56,298 bases of DNA from Sandaracinaceae bacterium (GTDB lineage: Bacteria > Myxococcota_A > Polyangia > Polyangiales > Sandaracinaceae), in contig JBGAQA010000039.1 in NCBI GenBank assembly GCA_044220955.1, forward strand, positions 1-56,298. Direction: 5' to 3'. This document shows, piece after piece, positions 18,874-28,190 of the stretch (positions are counted from its first letter, which is position 1; the number at the start of each line of letters is the position of its first letter). The translations under genes were made by a program, and so were the position numbers. The notes under the pieces are model-generated. The model was not told the DNA's origin. It worked only from the letters and a program-made list of their open reading frames with translations, and did not search any database.

Positions 18874-20561
18874 CGAGGACCTCCGCTCGCGAAGCGCTCG
18901 GCGCACTCGGCTCGGCGGACCTTACCGCTCGAGGTGCGCGGGATCGTGCCGATCGGCCAGACGGCCACGGCGTCGGCACGGACGCCCATCACCGCGAGCA
19001 GCTCGCCGCGGATGCGCGTCGAGACCCGGTCCTTGGCCTCGGCGTCGAGCCCGCGCGCCTCGACGACCACGACGAGATCCTCGGTCCCCGTCGCCGCGCT
19101 CCCGCGCGCGAAGGCCGCCGCGCTCGCGACGGACGTATCGCTCTCGAGCGCCACGCGCTCGACGTCCTCGGGGTGAACGTTACGGCCGCTCTGGATGATG
19201 AGCTCGCGAGCGCGACCCGAGATGAAGAGGCGCCCGCCGCGGACGAACCCGAGGTCGCCCGTGCGCAGGGCGCCGTCCTCGAGCGCCGTCGCCGAGGCCT
19301 CCTCATCGTGATAGTAGCCGTCCATCACCGAGGGACCCGAGACGCGGATCTCTCCGATCGTGCCCTCGGGCAGCACGCGGGAGCCCACGTCGCGGATCGT
19401 CACCGAGGTGCCGGCGACGGGGGAGCCGCACGACACGAGCTCGCGCGCCGAGGGATCGGCCGACGCTCGCGCGAGCGCCCCGCGCTCGAGGCTCGCTCGG
19501 TCGACCGAGGTCGTCTGTGCAGGCTCACCCAGCGGGTGCGTCGTCACGGCGAGACTGGACTCTGCCAGCCCGTAGACCGGCGTGAGCGCCGTCGGCCGAA
19601 ACCCGGTGCTCCGGAACCGCTCCGCGAAGCGACGCAGCGTCGCGCCGTGCACCGGCTCCGCTCCGTCGAGCGCGGCGCGCCACGAGCCCAGATCCAGACC
19701 CTCCGGGTCCGCCTTCTTCGCGACGAGCTCGTAGGCGAAGTTGGGCGCGGTGGAGAGCGTCCCGCGATGCTGTGCGATCAGCTCGAGCCAGCGCCGAGGC
19801 CGCATGATGAACGCCTCGGGCGCCATGAGGTGCAGCGTGTAGGGCGCGACGAGCGCGGTGAGCAGCGCGCCGATCAGGCCCATGTCGTGGTGGAGCGGGA
19901 GCCAGCTCACGCCCACGTCCGTGGGCACGATCGCGAGCGCGTGCGCGATGGCGCTCGCGTTCGCCACGATCGCGCGGTGCCCGAGCAACACCCCGCGCGG
20001 CGTGCCCGTCGTGCCCGACGTGTACTGGAGCAGCGCCGGCGTGCGTGCGTCGATCGCGCCGTCCCTCGTGGCGCGCGGCAGCGTCTCGTCCGCCTCGGCC
20101 GGTGTCAGGGAGGCGTCGATCGTGCCCTCGAGGGAGGTCAGCCGCGCGGCCTCGACGATCCGCGGCGTCGCGACGAGGATCCGCGCGCGCGCGTGCCGTA
20201 TCGCGCGCGCACATTGCTCGAGGTATCGGTCGAGGGGCCCGAACGTCATCGGGGTCGCGAGCGGCATCGGCAGCGCACCGAGGAGCAGCGCGCCGAAGAA
20301 CGCCCCGAGGAAGTCCGCCGAGGTCGGCAGCATGATGGCCACGGGGTGACCCGGACCGACCCCGCGCGTGCGCAGTGCCGTCGCCCAGCGTCTCGCGCTG
20401 CCGAGGGTCGCGCGCGCGTCCATCGGTCGCGGCTCGCCGGACCCGTGGAGCACCACGAAGGGGCGATCGTCGTCGGCGTTCGCGATCAGCGCGTCCACGA
20501 GCGTAGCGACGCGCGGAGACGGCGCCGGCGGCCCGGCGAGCTGCGAAGGTCGAGTCGACAT
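18870..20561 (-). CDS. Fatty acyl-AMP ligase (FAAL)
   Basis: LQYTSGTTGTPRG, SWLPLHHDMGLIG, APNFAY, YGLAE, RTGDLG, IPRTSSGKVRR. Confidence 0.92.
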   Translation of the reverse strand: MSTRPSQLAGPPAPSPRVATLVDALIANADDDRPFVVLHGSGEPRPMDARATLGSARRWATALRTRGVGPGHPVAIMLPTSADFLGAFFGALLLGALPMPLATPMTFGPLDRYLEQCARAIRHARARILVATPRIVEAARLTSLEGTIDASLTPAEADETLPRATRDGAIDARTPALLQYTSGTTGTPRGVLLGHRAIVANASAIAHALAIVPTDVGVSWLPLHHDMGLIGALLTALVAPYTLHLMAPEAFIMRPRRWLELIAQHRGTLSTAPNFAYELVAKKADPEGLDLGSWRAALDGAEPVHGATLRRFAERFRSTGFRPTALTPVYGLAESSLAVTTHPLGEPAQTTSVDRASLERGALARASADPSARELVSCGSPVAGTSVTIRDVGSRVLPEGTIGEIRVSGPSVMDGYYHDEEASATALEDGALRTGDLGFVRGGRLFISGRARELIIQSGRNVHPEDVERVALESDTSVASAAAFARGSAATGTEDLVVVVEARGLDAEAKDRVSTRIRGELLAVMGVRADAVAVWPIGTIPRTSSGKVRRAECAERFASGGPR

Positions 20562-20596
20562 CAGAGCCCATTACGCACACCCGAGCCCGCGCTGGC

Positions 20597-20610
20597 TTGA
20601 TCCTCCGCAA
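20597..20610. promoter_or_regulatory. FNR/FixK-type box TTGA-TCCTCC-GCAA upstream of the FAAL operon
   Basis: Centred 42.5 bp before ATG 20561 (- strand). Confidence 0.72.
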
Positions 20611-20628
20611 GCGTGGGCCGCTTGCGCG

Positions 20629-20642
20629 TTGATCTCGCGCAA
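20629..20642. promoter_or_regulatory. FNR/FixK-type box TTGA-TCTCGC-GCAA upstream of heme A synthase
   Basis: Centred 41.5 bp before GTG 20677; embedded in an 11-bp inverted repeat at 20618-20646. Confidence 0.72.
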
Positions 20643-20676
20643 GCGGGCGGTGGCTGCGCGGGCTCACACGGCGCGC

Positions 20677-21597
20677 GTGGGACCCATCTACCTCGCGCGC
20701 GTCACGCTCTTCACCACGCTCTGCCTGATCGGCCTCGGGGGGGTCGTCCACACGACCGGCTCCTCGCTCGCCTGTCCCGACTGGCCGCTCTGCCACGGTA
20801 CGGTGATGCCGCCGATGCGGGGCGGCATCCTCTTCGAGCACTCGCACCGCCTGCTCGCGCTCGCGGTGCTCGTGCTCGTGTTCGCCTCACCCTACGCGTT
20901 CCGAGCGCAACGGAGCGCGCGGAGGCTCGCGTTGATCGCGGTCGGGCTCGTCGTCGTGCAGGCCCTGCTGGGCGCGACGACCGTGCTGCTGCGGCTCCCG
21001 CCGCTCGTCTCGATCGCGCACCTGCTCTGCGCCACGACGCTGCTCGGGATCCAGCTCCGGCTGTCCATGCCCCGGCTGCCGGCGCCCGCGCCCCGCACGG
21101 TGAGCCCGCTCACGCGCCGGGCGGTCGACGTCGCGATCGCGGCCACGTTCGCGCAGATCGGCCTCGGGGCGATCGTGCGGCACCTCGGTGTGGGGCTCGC
21201 CTGTGGCACCGATCCTCTGCTCTGCGCAGGCAGCGCCCTGCCGCCGAACGCCCTGGCTTGGATCCACGTCTCCCACCGGGTGCTCGCCCTCGTGGTCGCG
21301 GCGCTCGTCGCGATCGGCGCGCGCCGCGTGCTGCAGCGCGCGGACGTCCGGCCGGCCGAGCGGCGGCTCGCGCTCGCGGCCGTGGCCCTCGTGGGCGTCC
21401 AGATCGCGCTGGGCATGCTGACCGTGGTGAGCGCGATCGATCTCGCGCTCGTGACCGCGCACCTCGTCGTCGGGGAGGTGCTCCTGCTCAGCCTGCTGGG
21501 TCTACGCTTCCTCCGCGGGCCGACCGACGCGCTCCTCGAGGCGTCGGCCCCGCGCGAGCTCGTCGGCGGGGCAGGCGAAGCGCAGGCGCAGTCCTAG
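20677..21597 (+). CDS. ctaA: Heme A synthase (COX15/CtaA family)
   Basis: GSSLACPDWPLCHG, FEHSHR, second-half HR and AH motifs, about 8 TM segments. Confidence 0.88.
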   Translation: MGPIYLARVTLFTTLCLIGLGGVVHTTGSSLACPDWPLCHGTVMPPMRGGILFEHSHRLLALAVLVLVFASPYAFRAQRSARRLALIAVGLVVVQALLGATTVLLRLPPLVSIAHLLCATTLLGIQLRLSMPRLPAPAPRTVSPLTRRAVDVAIAATFAQIGLGAIVRHLGVGLACGTDPLLCAGSALPPNALAWIHVSHRVLALVVAALVAIGARRVLQRADVRPAERRLALAAVALVGVQIALGMLTVVSAIDLALVTAHLVVGEVLLLSLLGLRFLRGPTDALLEASAPRELVGGAGEAQAQS

Positions 21598-22328
21598 CCG
21601 GAGCGGCCGAAGAACGCGATCATCCGCTCGAACGCGGCGTCGGTCGCGGCGGGGTCGTGGCGGGGCCCCTCGTCGCGCATGAACGCGTGCTCGGCGTCGA
21701 AGGTCGCCGTCTCGTAGCGCGCGCCCGCCGCGTCGAGCGCCGCGTGGATCTTCGCGCGTCCCTCGGGCGGGATGTGCGGGTCGCGCGCGCCCCAGACGAG
21801 CAGGAGCGGCGCGTGGAGCGCAGCCGCGCGCGCGAGCGTGTCGACGCGCTCCGAGGCTCCGAGCGTCTCCGCGTGAACGGTCGTCGGATAGAAGCACGCG
21901 ACGCGCGCGACGCGCGGCTCGTACGCAGCGCGGAAGGCGAGGTGTCCGCCGAAGCAGAAGCCCGCGACGAAGAGGCCCGTCGGATCCACGTCGCTCCGCG
22001 CCGTCAGCCAAGCGATCAGCGCCCGGCGGTCGCCGTCCACCTCCTCGACCCGAACGCGGCTCGCGTCGCTCAGGGCGCGCTGCCGGTCGCGCTCGAAGTC
22101 GAGCACGGTGCCGCCTGGCTCGAGGCGGCCGTAGATCTCGGGCGCGAGCACCAGGTAGCCGCGATCGGCCAGTCGCGCCGCGAGGCGCAGGTGCGGACCG
22201 GTCAGCTGGAAGATGTCCGAGTAGAACAGGACCGCGGGGAAGGGCCCGTCCCCCGCGGGCGCCGACACGCACGCGCGAATGGGGCCCGCAGGCCCGGGGA
22301 CGTCGACGTAGCGGGGGCTCCTCGTCAC
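21594..22328 (-). CDS. Dienelactone hydrolase family protein
   Basis: GFCFGG nucleophile elbow, DPHIP, AEHAFMRDEG. Confidence 0.9.
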   Translation of the reverse strand: MTRSPRYVDVPGPAGPIRACVSAPAGDGPFPAVLFYSDIFQLTGPHLRLAARLADRGYLVLAPEIYGRLEPGGTVLDFERDRQRALSDASRVRVEEVDGDRRALIAWLTARSDVDPTGLFVAGFCFGGHLAFRAAYEPRVARVACFYPTTVHAETLGASERVDTLARAAALHAPLLLVWGARDPHIPPEGRAKIHAALDAAGARYETATFDAEHAFMRDEGPRHDPAATDAAFERMIAFFGRSG

Positions 22329-22346
22329 GTGGTGGGGCTGCGTGCG

Positions 22347-23747
22347 CTACTTGGGGCCGTTCCAGCCACCGACGTCCGCGACGAGCCTGTCGGCCTGCGG
22401 CGGGCCCCAGGTGCCGGGCTCGTACTCGTACATCGGGCTCGGGCCGTGGAGGATCGGATCGACGATCGCCCAGGCGGCCTCCACGACGTCCTGGCGCGCG
22501 AAGAGCGTCGAGTCGCCGTTCATCGCGTCGCCGAGCAGTCGCTCGTAGTCGCCGAGGCGCTCGCCGGGCTCGCTGTCGCGCTTCTCGTCGACCACCGAGA
22601 GCTCGACCGGACGGCCCGCCATGCCCTCGCCGGGGCGCTTGGCGCGCGCGCCGATCGCGATCACGACCTGGGGGCTCAGCCGGAAGCGCACGTAGTTGCC
22701 CATGGACGGCGTCGCCTCGTGGAACACCACCTGCGGCGGGTTCTTCAGCTCGACGCAGACCTCGGTCGTCGTCATCGCGAGGCTCTTGCCCGCGCGCACG
22801 TAGAAGGGCACGCCCTCCCAGCGCCACGAGTCGACGTAGAGGCGCATCGCGGCGTACGTCGCCATGTACGAGTCCTTCTCCACGCCGGGCTCGTCGCGGT
22901 AGCCGCGGAACTGGCCGCGTACGAGGTGGTCCGTGCTGAGCGGACGCACGGTGCGCAGCACCTTGGCCTGCTCGTCCCGGATCGCCTCGCCGTAGGTCGC
23001 GCTCGGCGCCTCCATCGCGAGGTAGCTGACCACCTGCAGCAGGTGGTTCTGGATCACGTCGCGGATGACGCCGGTCTCGTCGTAGAACTTGCCTCGCCCC
23101 TTGACGCCGAAGTTCTCCGCCATCGTGATCTGGACGTTCTCGACGTAGTGCCGGTTCCAGACCGGCTCGAGGAACGCGTTGGCGAAGCGGAAGTAGAGGA
23201 TGTTCTGCACGGCCTCTTTTCCGAGGTAGTGGTCGATGCGGTAGATGCAGTTCTCGGGGAACGCCTCGTGGATCACGTGGTTGAGCTCGCGCGCCGTCGC
23301 GAGGTCGCGCCCGAAGGGCTTCTCGACGATGACGCGCCCGCCCTCGGCGCAGCCGGACCTCTTCAGGTTCGTGACGACGGTCGGGAACATGCTCGGCGGG
23401 ATGGCGAGGTAGTGCGCGGGGCGCTTGGCGTCGCCCAGCTCGCCGCGCAGCTTCGAGAACGTCGACTCCTCGCCGTACTCGCCGTCGATGTAGTGCATGT
23501 GCTCGACGAGGATCTTGAAGCCCTCCTCGTGCAGGCCGCCGTACTCGGCGCAGCTCGCCTTCGCGCGCTCGATCAGCTTGTCGCGCGTGAAGCCGCCGCG
23601 CGCGACGCCGATGACGGGGAAGTCCATCTTGCCGCGGCGCGCGATCGACTGCAGCGCCGGGAAGATCTTCTTGTACGCGAGGTCGCCCGTCGCGCCGAAG
23701 AAGACGAGCGCGTCCGAGCGCTGCCGCGACGTGTCCGCTGCCGCCAT
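22347..23747 (-). CDS. zwf: Glucose-6-phosphate 1-dehydrogenase
   Basis: [40 protein letters not shown]. Confidence 0.97.
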   Translation of the reverse strand: MAAADTSRQRSDALVFFGATGDLAYKKIFPALQSIARRGKMDFPVIGVARGGFTRDKLIERAKASCAEYGGLHEEGFKILVEHMHYIDGEYGEESTFSKLRGELGDAKRPAHYLAIPPSMFPTVVTNLKRSGCAEGGRVIVEKPFGRDLATARELNHVIHEAFPENCIYRIDHYLGKEAVQNILYFRFANAFLEPVWNRHYVENVQITMAENFGVKGRGKFYDETGVIRDVIQNHLLQVVSYLAMEAPSATYGEAIRDEQAKVLRTVRPLSTDHLVRGQFRGYRDEPGVEKDSYMATYAAMRLYVDSWRWEGVPFYVRAGKSLAMTTTEVCVELKNPPQVVFHEATPSMGNYVRFRLSPQVVIAIGARAKRPGEGMAGRPVELSVVDEKRDSEPGERLGDYERLLGDAMNGDSTLFARQDVVEAAWAIVDPILHGPSPMYEYEPGTWGPPQADRLVADVGGWNGPK

Positions 23748-23749
23748 GG

Positions 23750-24775
23750 TTACTTCTTCTCCCCGTGCTTCTCGACGTGGCCGCCGAAGCCGAAGCGCAT
23801 CGCCGAGAGCACCTTGTTCTGGAACTGATCGAGGTCGCGCGAGGCGAAGCGCTCGAAGAGCGACGCGGTCAGGACGTGCGCGGGCACGCCGATGTCGTTG
23901 GCGGCGGCGACCGTCCAGCGGCCCTCGCCGGAGTCGGAGACGCGCCCGCCGAACTTCTCGAGCTTGGGATCGGTGACGAGCGCCTGCGCCGTGAGGTCGA
24001 GCAGCCACGAGCTGATGACCGAGCCGCGCCGCCAGAGCTCCGTGACGGAGCCGAGATCGAAGTCGTACTGATAGTGCTCGGGGTTGCGCAGCGGCGTCGT
24101 CTCGGCGTCCTTCGCGTGGGAGCGCTTCCCGATGTCGGCGTTCGCGAGGATGTTCAGGCCCTCGGCGTACGCGGCCATGATCCCGTACTCGATCCCGTTG
24201 TGGATCATCTTCACGAAGTGGCCGCCGCCCGCGGGCCCGCAGTGCAGGTAGCCCTGCTCTGCCGTCCCGCCGAGCGCTTCGCGCCCGGGGGTTCGCGGAA
24301 TGTCACCGCGCCCCGGGGCGAGCGTCTTGAAGATGGGATCGAGGCGCTCGACCACTTCCTTCTCTCCTCCGATCATCAGGCAGTAGCCGCGCTCGAGGCC
24401 CCACACGCCGCCGCTCGTGCCCATGTCGACGTAGTGGATGCCCTTCTCGCCGAGGCGCTTGGCCCGCGCGATGTCGTCCTGGTAGTGCGAGTTGCCGCCG
24501 TCGATGACGACGTCGTCCTTGGACAGGTGCGGCGTGAGCTTGTCGATGAGCCCGTCGACGATGGCGGCCGGGACCATGAAGCAGATGGCGCGCGGCCCCT
24601 TCATGAGCTTGGGCAGCTCCTCGAGCGAGGTCGTCCCGCCCTTGGCCCCCTCCTTCACGAGCGCGTCGACGGCGTCCTTCGAGACGTCCTGCACGTAGAG
24701 CTCGTGCCCCGCGCGCATGAGCCGGCGCACCATGTTCGCACCCATTCGACCGAGACCGACCATTCCGAGCTGCAT
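23750..24775 (-). CDS. gnd: 6-phosphogluconate dehydrogenase, decarboxylating (short type)
   Basis: [45 protein letters not shown]. Confidence 0.97.
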   Translation of the reverse strand: MQLGMVGLGRMGANMVRRLMRAGHELYVQDVSKDAVDALVKEGAKGGTTSLEELPKLMKGPRAICFMVPAAIVDGLIDKLTPHLSKDDVVIDGGNSHYQDDIARAKRLGEKGIHYVDMGTSGGVWGLERGYCLMIGGEKEVVERLDPIFKTLAPGRGDIPRTPGREALGGTAEQGYLHCGPAGGGHFVKMIHNGIEYGIMAAYAEGLNILANADIGKRSHAKDAETTPLRNPEHYQYDFDLGSVTELWRRGSVISSWLLDLTAQALVTDPKLEKFGGRVSDSGEGRWTVAAANDIGVPAHVLTASLFERFASRDLDQFQNKVLSAMRFGFGGHVEKHGEKK

Positions 24776-24858
24776 CGCCCCTCCAGAGGTTCGCGTGGAA
24801 GCGGGAGCGTATCGCTTGTGGTGTCGCGATCGGAAGCGGGGTCGTGTAGATCGGCGCA

Positions 24859-25542
24859 ATGGCCTTCCAGGTGGTGATCGACGAGCGCCCGGCGGACGTC
24901 CTCGTGCCCCGGGTGGTGGCGCTGGCGCACGACGCGGTCGCGGCGCGCGGGAGGTTCTCGATCGCGCTGCCCGGTGGATCCGTCGCGACGACGTGCTTTC
25001 CGCGCCTGGCCGAGGCGGCCATCGACTGGGGGCGCGTCCACTTCTTCTGGGCCGACGAGCGGGCGGTGCCGCCGACGCACGAGGAGTCGAACTACGGAGC
25101 GTGCGAGCGGCTCTGGCTCGAGCGGATCGTGGCGCACGCGCCGGTGGTGCACCGCATGGAGGCCGAGCACGCCGACCTCGACGACGCCGTCGCGCGCTAC
25201 GAGCGCGCCGTGCGGGCCAACGGGCCGATCGATCTGGTGCTCCTCGGCATGGGCCCGGACGGGCACGTCGCATCGTTGTTCCCGGGCCACGGGCTGCTGG
25301 AGGAGAAGGAGCGCGGGGTCGCCGCGGTGCTCGACTCGCCCAAGCCGCCGCCGCGCCGGATGACGCTCACGCTGCCGGTGATCTGCGCGGCGCGCGACGT
25401 CATCGTGGTCGCGACGGGCGCGGCGAAGGCGGGCGCCGTGAGGGCGATCCGCGACGATCCGGCATCGCGGCTGCCCGCGGCGCTCGCGCTGCGCGGGGCG
25501 GCGCGGGCGATGCTGATCGTGGATCCGGCGGCAGCGGGGTAG
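24859..25542 (+). CDS. pgl: 6-phosphogluconolactonase
   Basis: [15 protein letters not shown]...[31 protein letters not shown]. Confidence 0.95.
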   Translation: MAFQVVIDERPADVLVPRVVALAHDAVAARGRFSIALPGGSVATTCFPRLAEAAIDWGRVHFFWADERAVPPTHEESNYGACERLWLERIVAHAPVVHRMEAEHADLDDAVARYERAVRANGPIDLVLLGMGPDGHVASLFPGHGLLEEKERGVAAVLDSPKPPPRRMTLTLPVICAARDVIVVATGAAKAGAVRAIRDDPASRLPAALALRGAARAMLIVDPAAAG

Positions 25543-25561
25543 GGGCCAGAGAGCGAGAGCG

Positions 25562-26788
25562 CTACTCCCCGAAGAGCGCCCGCCGCATCCCCCGGCTCGC
25601 GTCGCTCGCGACGTACGCGATCGCCGCGGCGTTCGTGCTCACCGCGCGCGTCGGCGCCTTGCCCTCGGCGATGCGTGCGATCTGCGCGACGTAGAAGCCC
25701 GTCTCCGCGGCACCCTCGAGGAGCTCGAGGCTCGCCTTGGGCCGCTCGATCCTCTCCGCGCCCTCGCACGCCCCGGCCAGGAGGCGCCTCGGCAGGTCGG
25801 GCTCGAAGCAGATCGGGCGCGCGAGCCCGATCACGTCGACGCCGGCCTCCTCGAGCGCCTGCTCCATCCCCGCGCGCGTGCGGAAGCCGCCCGTCAGCAT
25901 GATGGGCACCCTGGTGTGAGCGCGCGCCTCGGTCGCGTACTCGAGGAAGTACGCCTCGCGCTTGCGCGTCGACTCGCGCGGGGACTCGAGGCCGAGCAGC
26001 GCGAGGCTCTCGTAGTTGCCGCCGCTCAGCTCGAGCAGGTCGATGCCCGCACCGTCGAGCATCTCGACGACCCTGGCCGAGTCCTCCGGCGAGAACCCGC
26101 CCTTCTGGAAGTCCGACGAGTTCAGCTTCACCGCGACGGTCTTGCCCGCGCCGATCCTCGCGCGCACGCGCCGCACGGCCTCGAGCAGGAAGCGCGCGCG
26201 GTTCTCGATCGGGCCGCCCCAGCGATCGACGCGGTGGTTCACCCGCGGCGAGAGGAACTGGCTCGCCAGGTAGCCGTGGGCTGCGTGGACCTGCACTCCG
26301 TCGAAGCCGGCCTCCACGACCATCGCGGCCGCGCTGGCGAACGCGTCGAGGATCGACTCGATCTCGTCCTGCCCCAGCGCGCGCGGTCGCGCGAATCCGC
26401 CCGCGATCGCCACGGCGGGCCCCGCGCTCGGTGCGACCGGATCGGCCGCGACGTGCCGCATGACCTGCCGCCCCGGGTGGCTGATCTGCACGAGCGACGC
26501 GTTGCCGGCCGTCTTCGCTGCCGCGCCCATGCGCGCGAGCGCCGCGCGGTCGGTCTTCTCGTCGAGGACGACGTTGCCCATCCGCTCGCGATACCGGCGG
26601 CTCACCATCATGTTGCCGGTGAGCACGAGGCCCGCGCCGCCCTCGGACCACGCGCGGTAGACGCGCTCGAGCCGCGGCGTCGCGTCACCGCGCTCGCCGA
26701 GGCTCTCGCTCGTCGACGCCTTCGCGATCCGGTTGCCGAGCACGAGCCCCGAGCGAAGCGTCAGCGGGCGCGCGAGCGGCGAGGTCAT
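25562..26788 (-). CDS. NADH:flavin oxidoreductase (old yellow enzyme family)
   Basis: NRIAKAS, QISHPGRQ, GFDGVQVHAAHGYL, NRARFLLE, ELSGGNYE. Confidence 0.92.
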   Translation of the reverse strand: MTSPLARPLTLRSGLVLGNRIAKASTSESLGERGDATPRLERVYRAWSEGGAGLVLTGNMMVSRRYRERMGNVVLDEKTDRAALARMGAAAKTAGNASLVQISHPGRQVMRHVAADPVAPSAGPAVAIAGGFARPRALGQDEIESILDAFASAAAMVVEAGFDGVQVHAAHGYLASQFLSPRVNHRVDRWGGPIENRARFLLEAVRRVRARIGAGKTVAVKLNSSDFQKGGFSPEDSARVVEMLDGAGIDLLELSGGNYESLALLGLESPRESTRKREAYFLEYATEARAHTRVPIMLTGGFRTRAGMEQALEEAGVDVIGLARPICFEPDLPRRLLAGACEGAERIERPKASLELLEGAAETGFYVAQIARIAEGKAPTRAVSTNAAAIAYVASDASRGMRRALFGE

Positions 26789-27408
26789 GCGCCGGGCTTG
26801 GCCTGCTTGGCGCGCTCGAACCACTCCTGCCGCGTGTTCGTCTTCGGGAAGGGCGTCTTCGGGATCGGCACGCCGAGCGCTTTGCAGAGCGGCGCCCAGC
26901 CGTCCGATGCGGTCCACTCGACGAGGCGCTCCTTCGGCGCCGTCCTGCGCACGTGCTCGACGTGCGCGTTGAACGCGGCGATCGCCTCGTCCTTGTCGTG
27001 ACGGTTCGCCGTGAAGCGCTTCGCGCCGAGGATCGCCTCGATCATCTCCTCGAAGCCGGGGATCGGCGGTGGACCGTCGCGCTCGGCGAAGATCGTCTCG
27101 CTCGCGCTCTCCCACCATCGCTCGGGATCACGCGTCGACAGCAGGATGATCGCGTCGGGATTCGCCGCGGCGAGCTCCTGCCAGAAGGCGGCGGCGGGCC
27201 AGTCGACCGCCGCCGCGTAGCCGTCGAGGAACGCGCCCCAGTCCGGCATCGCGCCGTTCGCGGCGTCGCGCCAGACGGTCGTGTCGGCGGGGCGCATGAA
27301 CACCTCCATCATGTGATAGCAAGGCGCCCGGAGCAGGATCTCGAGCGCCGCCTTCAGCGACGCCGTGCCCGTTCGTCCCAGCCCCGCACCGACCACGCGT
27401 AGCGCCAC
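26785..27408 (-). CDS. Sulfotransferase-family P-loop protein
   Basis: VVGAGLGRTGTASLKAALE, PCYHM, VDWP, GWAPLC, PFPKTN. Confidence 0.88.
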   Translation of the reverse strand: MALRVVGAGLGRTGTASLKAALEILLRAPCYHMMEVFMRPADTTVWRDAANGAMPDWGAFLDGYAAAVDWPAAAFWQELAAANPDAIILLSTRDPERWWESASETIFAERDGPPPIPGFEEMIEAILGAKRFTANRHDKDEAIAAFNAHVEHVRRTAPKERLVEWTASDGWAPLCKALGVPIPKTPFPKTNTRQEWFERAKQAKPGA

Positions 27409-27486
27409 CGCCGCCTCCGCGTGGGATCATAGGGCCTGCGTGGGATCGCGTGGGAGGCCAGATCGCGCGCGAGCCTCGCGCCGGCC

Positions 27487-28002
27487 TCAGGGCCGGTTTC
27501 CGGGGAGCTCGGTCACGAAGAGCGTGCCGCGGATCAGCTCGCCCGCGCGGTAGCTGCCCACCCACACGTCGTACTGCCCGCCCGGCGGGCCGCTCAGGTC
27601 GATCATCGGATTGCGATCGCCGCCCTCGTCGTCCGAGCACCACCAGTGCCCGCGCGCGTCGTTGATCACCAGCGTCGTGTCGCCGGGGGCGCGCACGTAG
27701 AACCGAACCCATCCCGCCGGGTTGGCGTAGCGAACGATCACGTCGGGCTGGGCGGTCACGTACCCACGGCAGTTGGGCGCGAGGCCCAGCGACGACGCGT
27801 CCAGGCCTCCGCCAGACGTGACCGAGTACGCGGCGGGGTCCGGCACGAAGCCGCCGAAGAGATCGAAGACTCCGAAGTTCGCGGTGCTGCCGCCGATCCG
27901 AAGCCCACCCTGCGCCCGCGTCCGAGCCGCTGGAGCCGCCAGCGCGAGGGCGGTCAGTGTCACCACGAGAACCAGGGCTGCGGGGGAGAGTTTCTCTCTC
28001 AT
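27487..28002 (-). CDS. Secreted protein with a PPC-like (pre-peptidase C-terminal-like) domain
   Basis: Signal peptide; GFVPDP, CRGYV...PD, GDTTLVIN, CSDD, GQYDVWVGSY. Confidence 0.7.
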   Translation of the reverse strand: MREKLSPAALVLVVTLTALALAAPAARTRAQGGLRIGGSTANFGVFDLFGGFVPDPAAYSVTSGGGLDASSLGLAPNCRGYVTAQPDVIVRYANPAGWVRFYVRAPGDTTLVINDARGHWWCSDDEGGDRNPMIDLSGPPGGQYDVWVGSYRAGELIRGTLFVTELPGNRP

Positions 28003-28121
28003 GCTTGCTCCATCGTCGCTCGGCGCGACGTGCGCCGGGTGTCCTCACGTCGGGACGACCCACGCGCTGACGGAGCCGAGCGCAGTTCTATTTGCGCGGT
28101 CGCGCCCTCGCGATCCGTGCG

Positions 28122-28135
28122 TTGACTGGACGCAA
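28122..28135. promoter_or_regulatory. FNR/FixK-type box TTGA-CTGGAC-GCAA upstream of the DAO / B12-rSAM unit
   Basis: Matches the consensus; centred 62.5 bp before GTG 28191. Confidence 0.6.
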
Positions 28136-28190
28136 TCGGGAGGCGGACGTGTGCGGGAGATCGCACGCGCGCCCGGCGCCGGAGCAGCTC

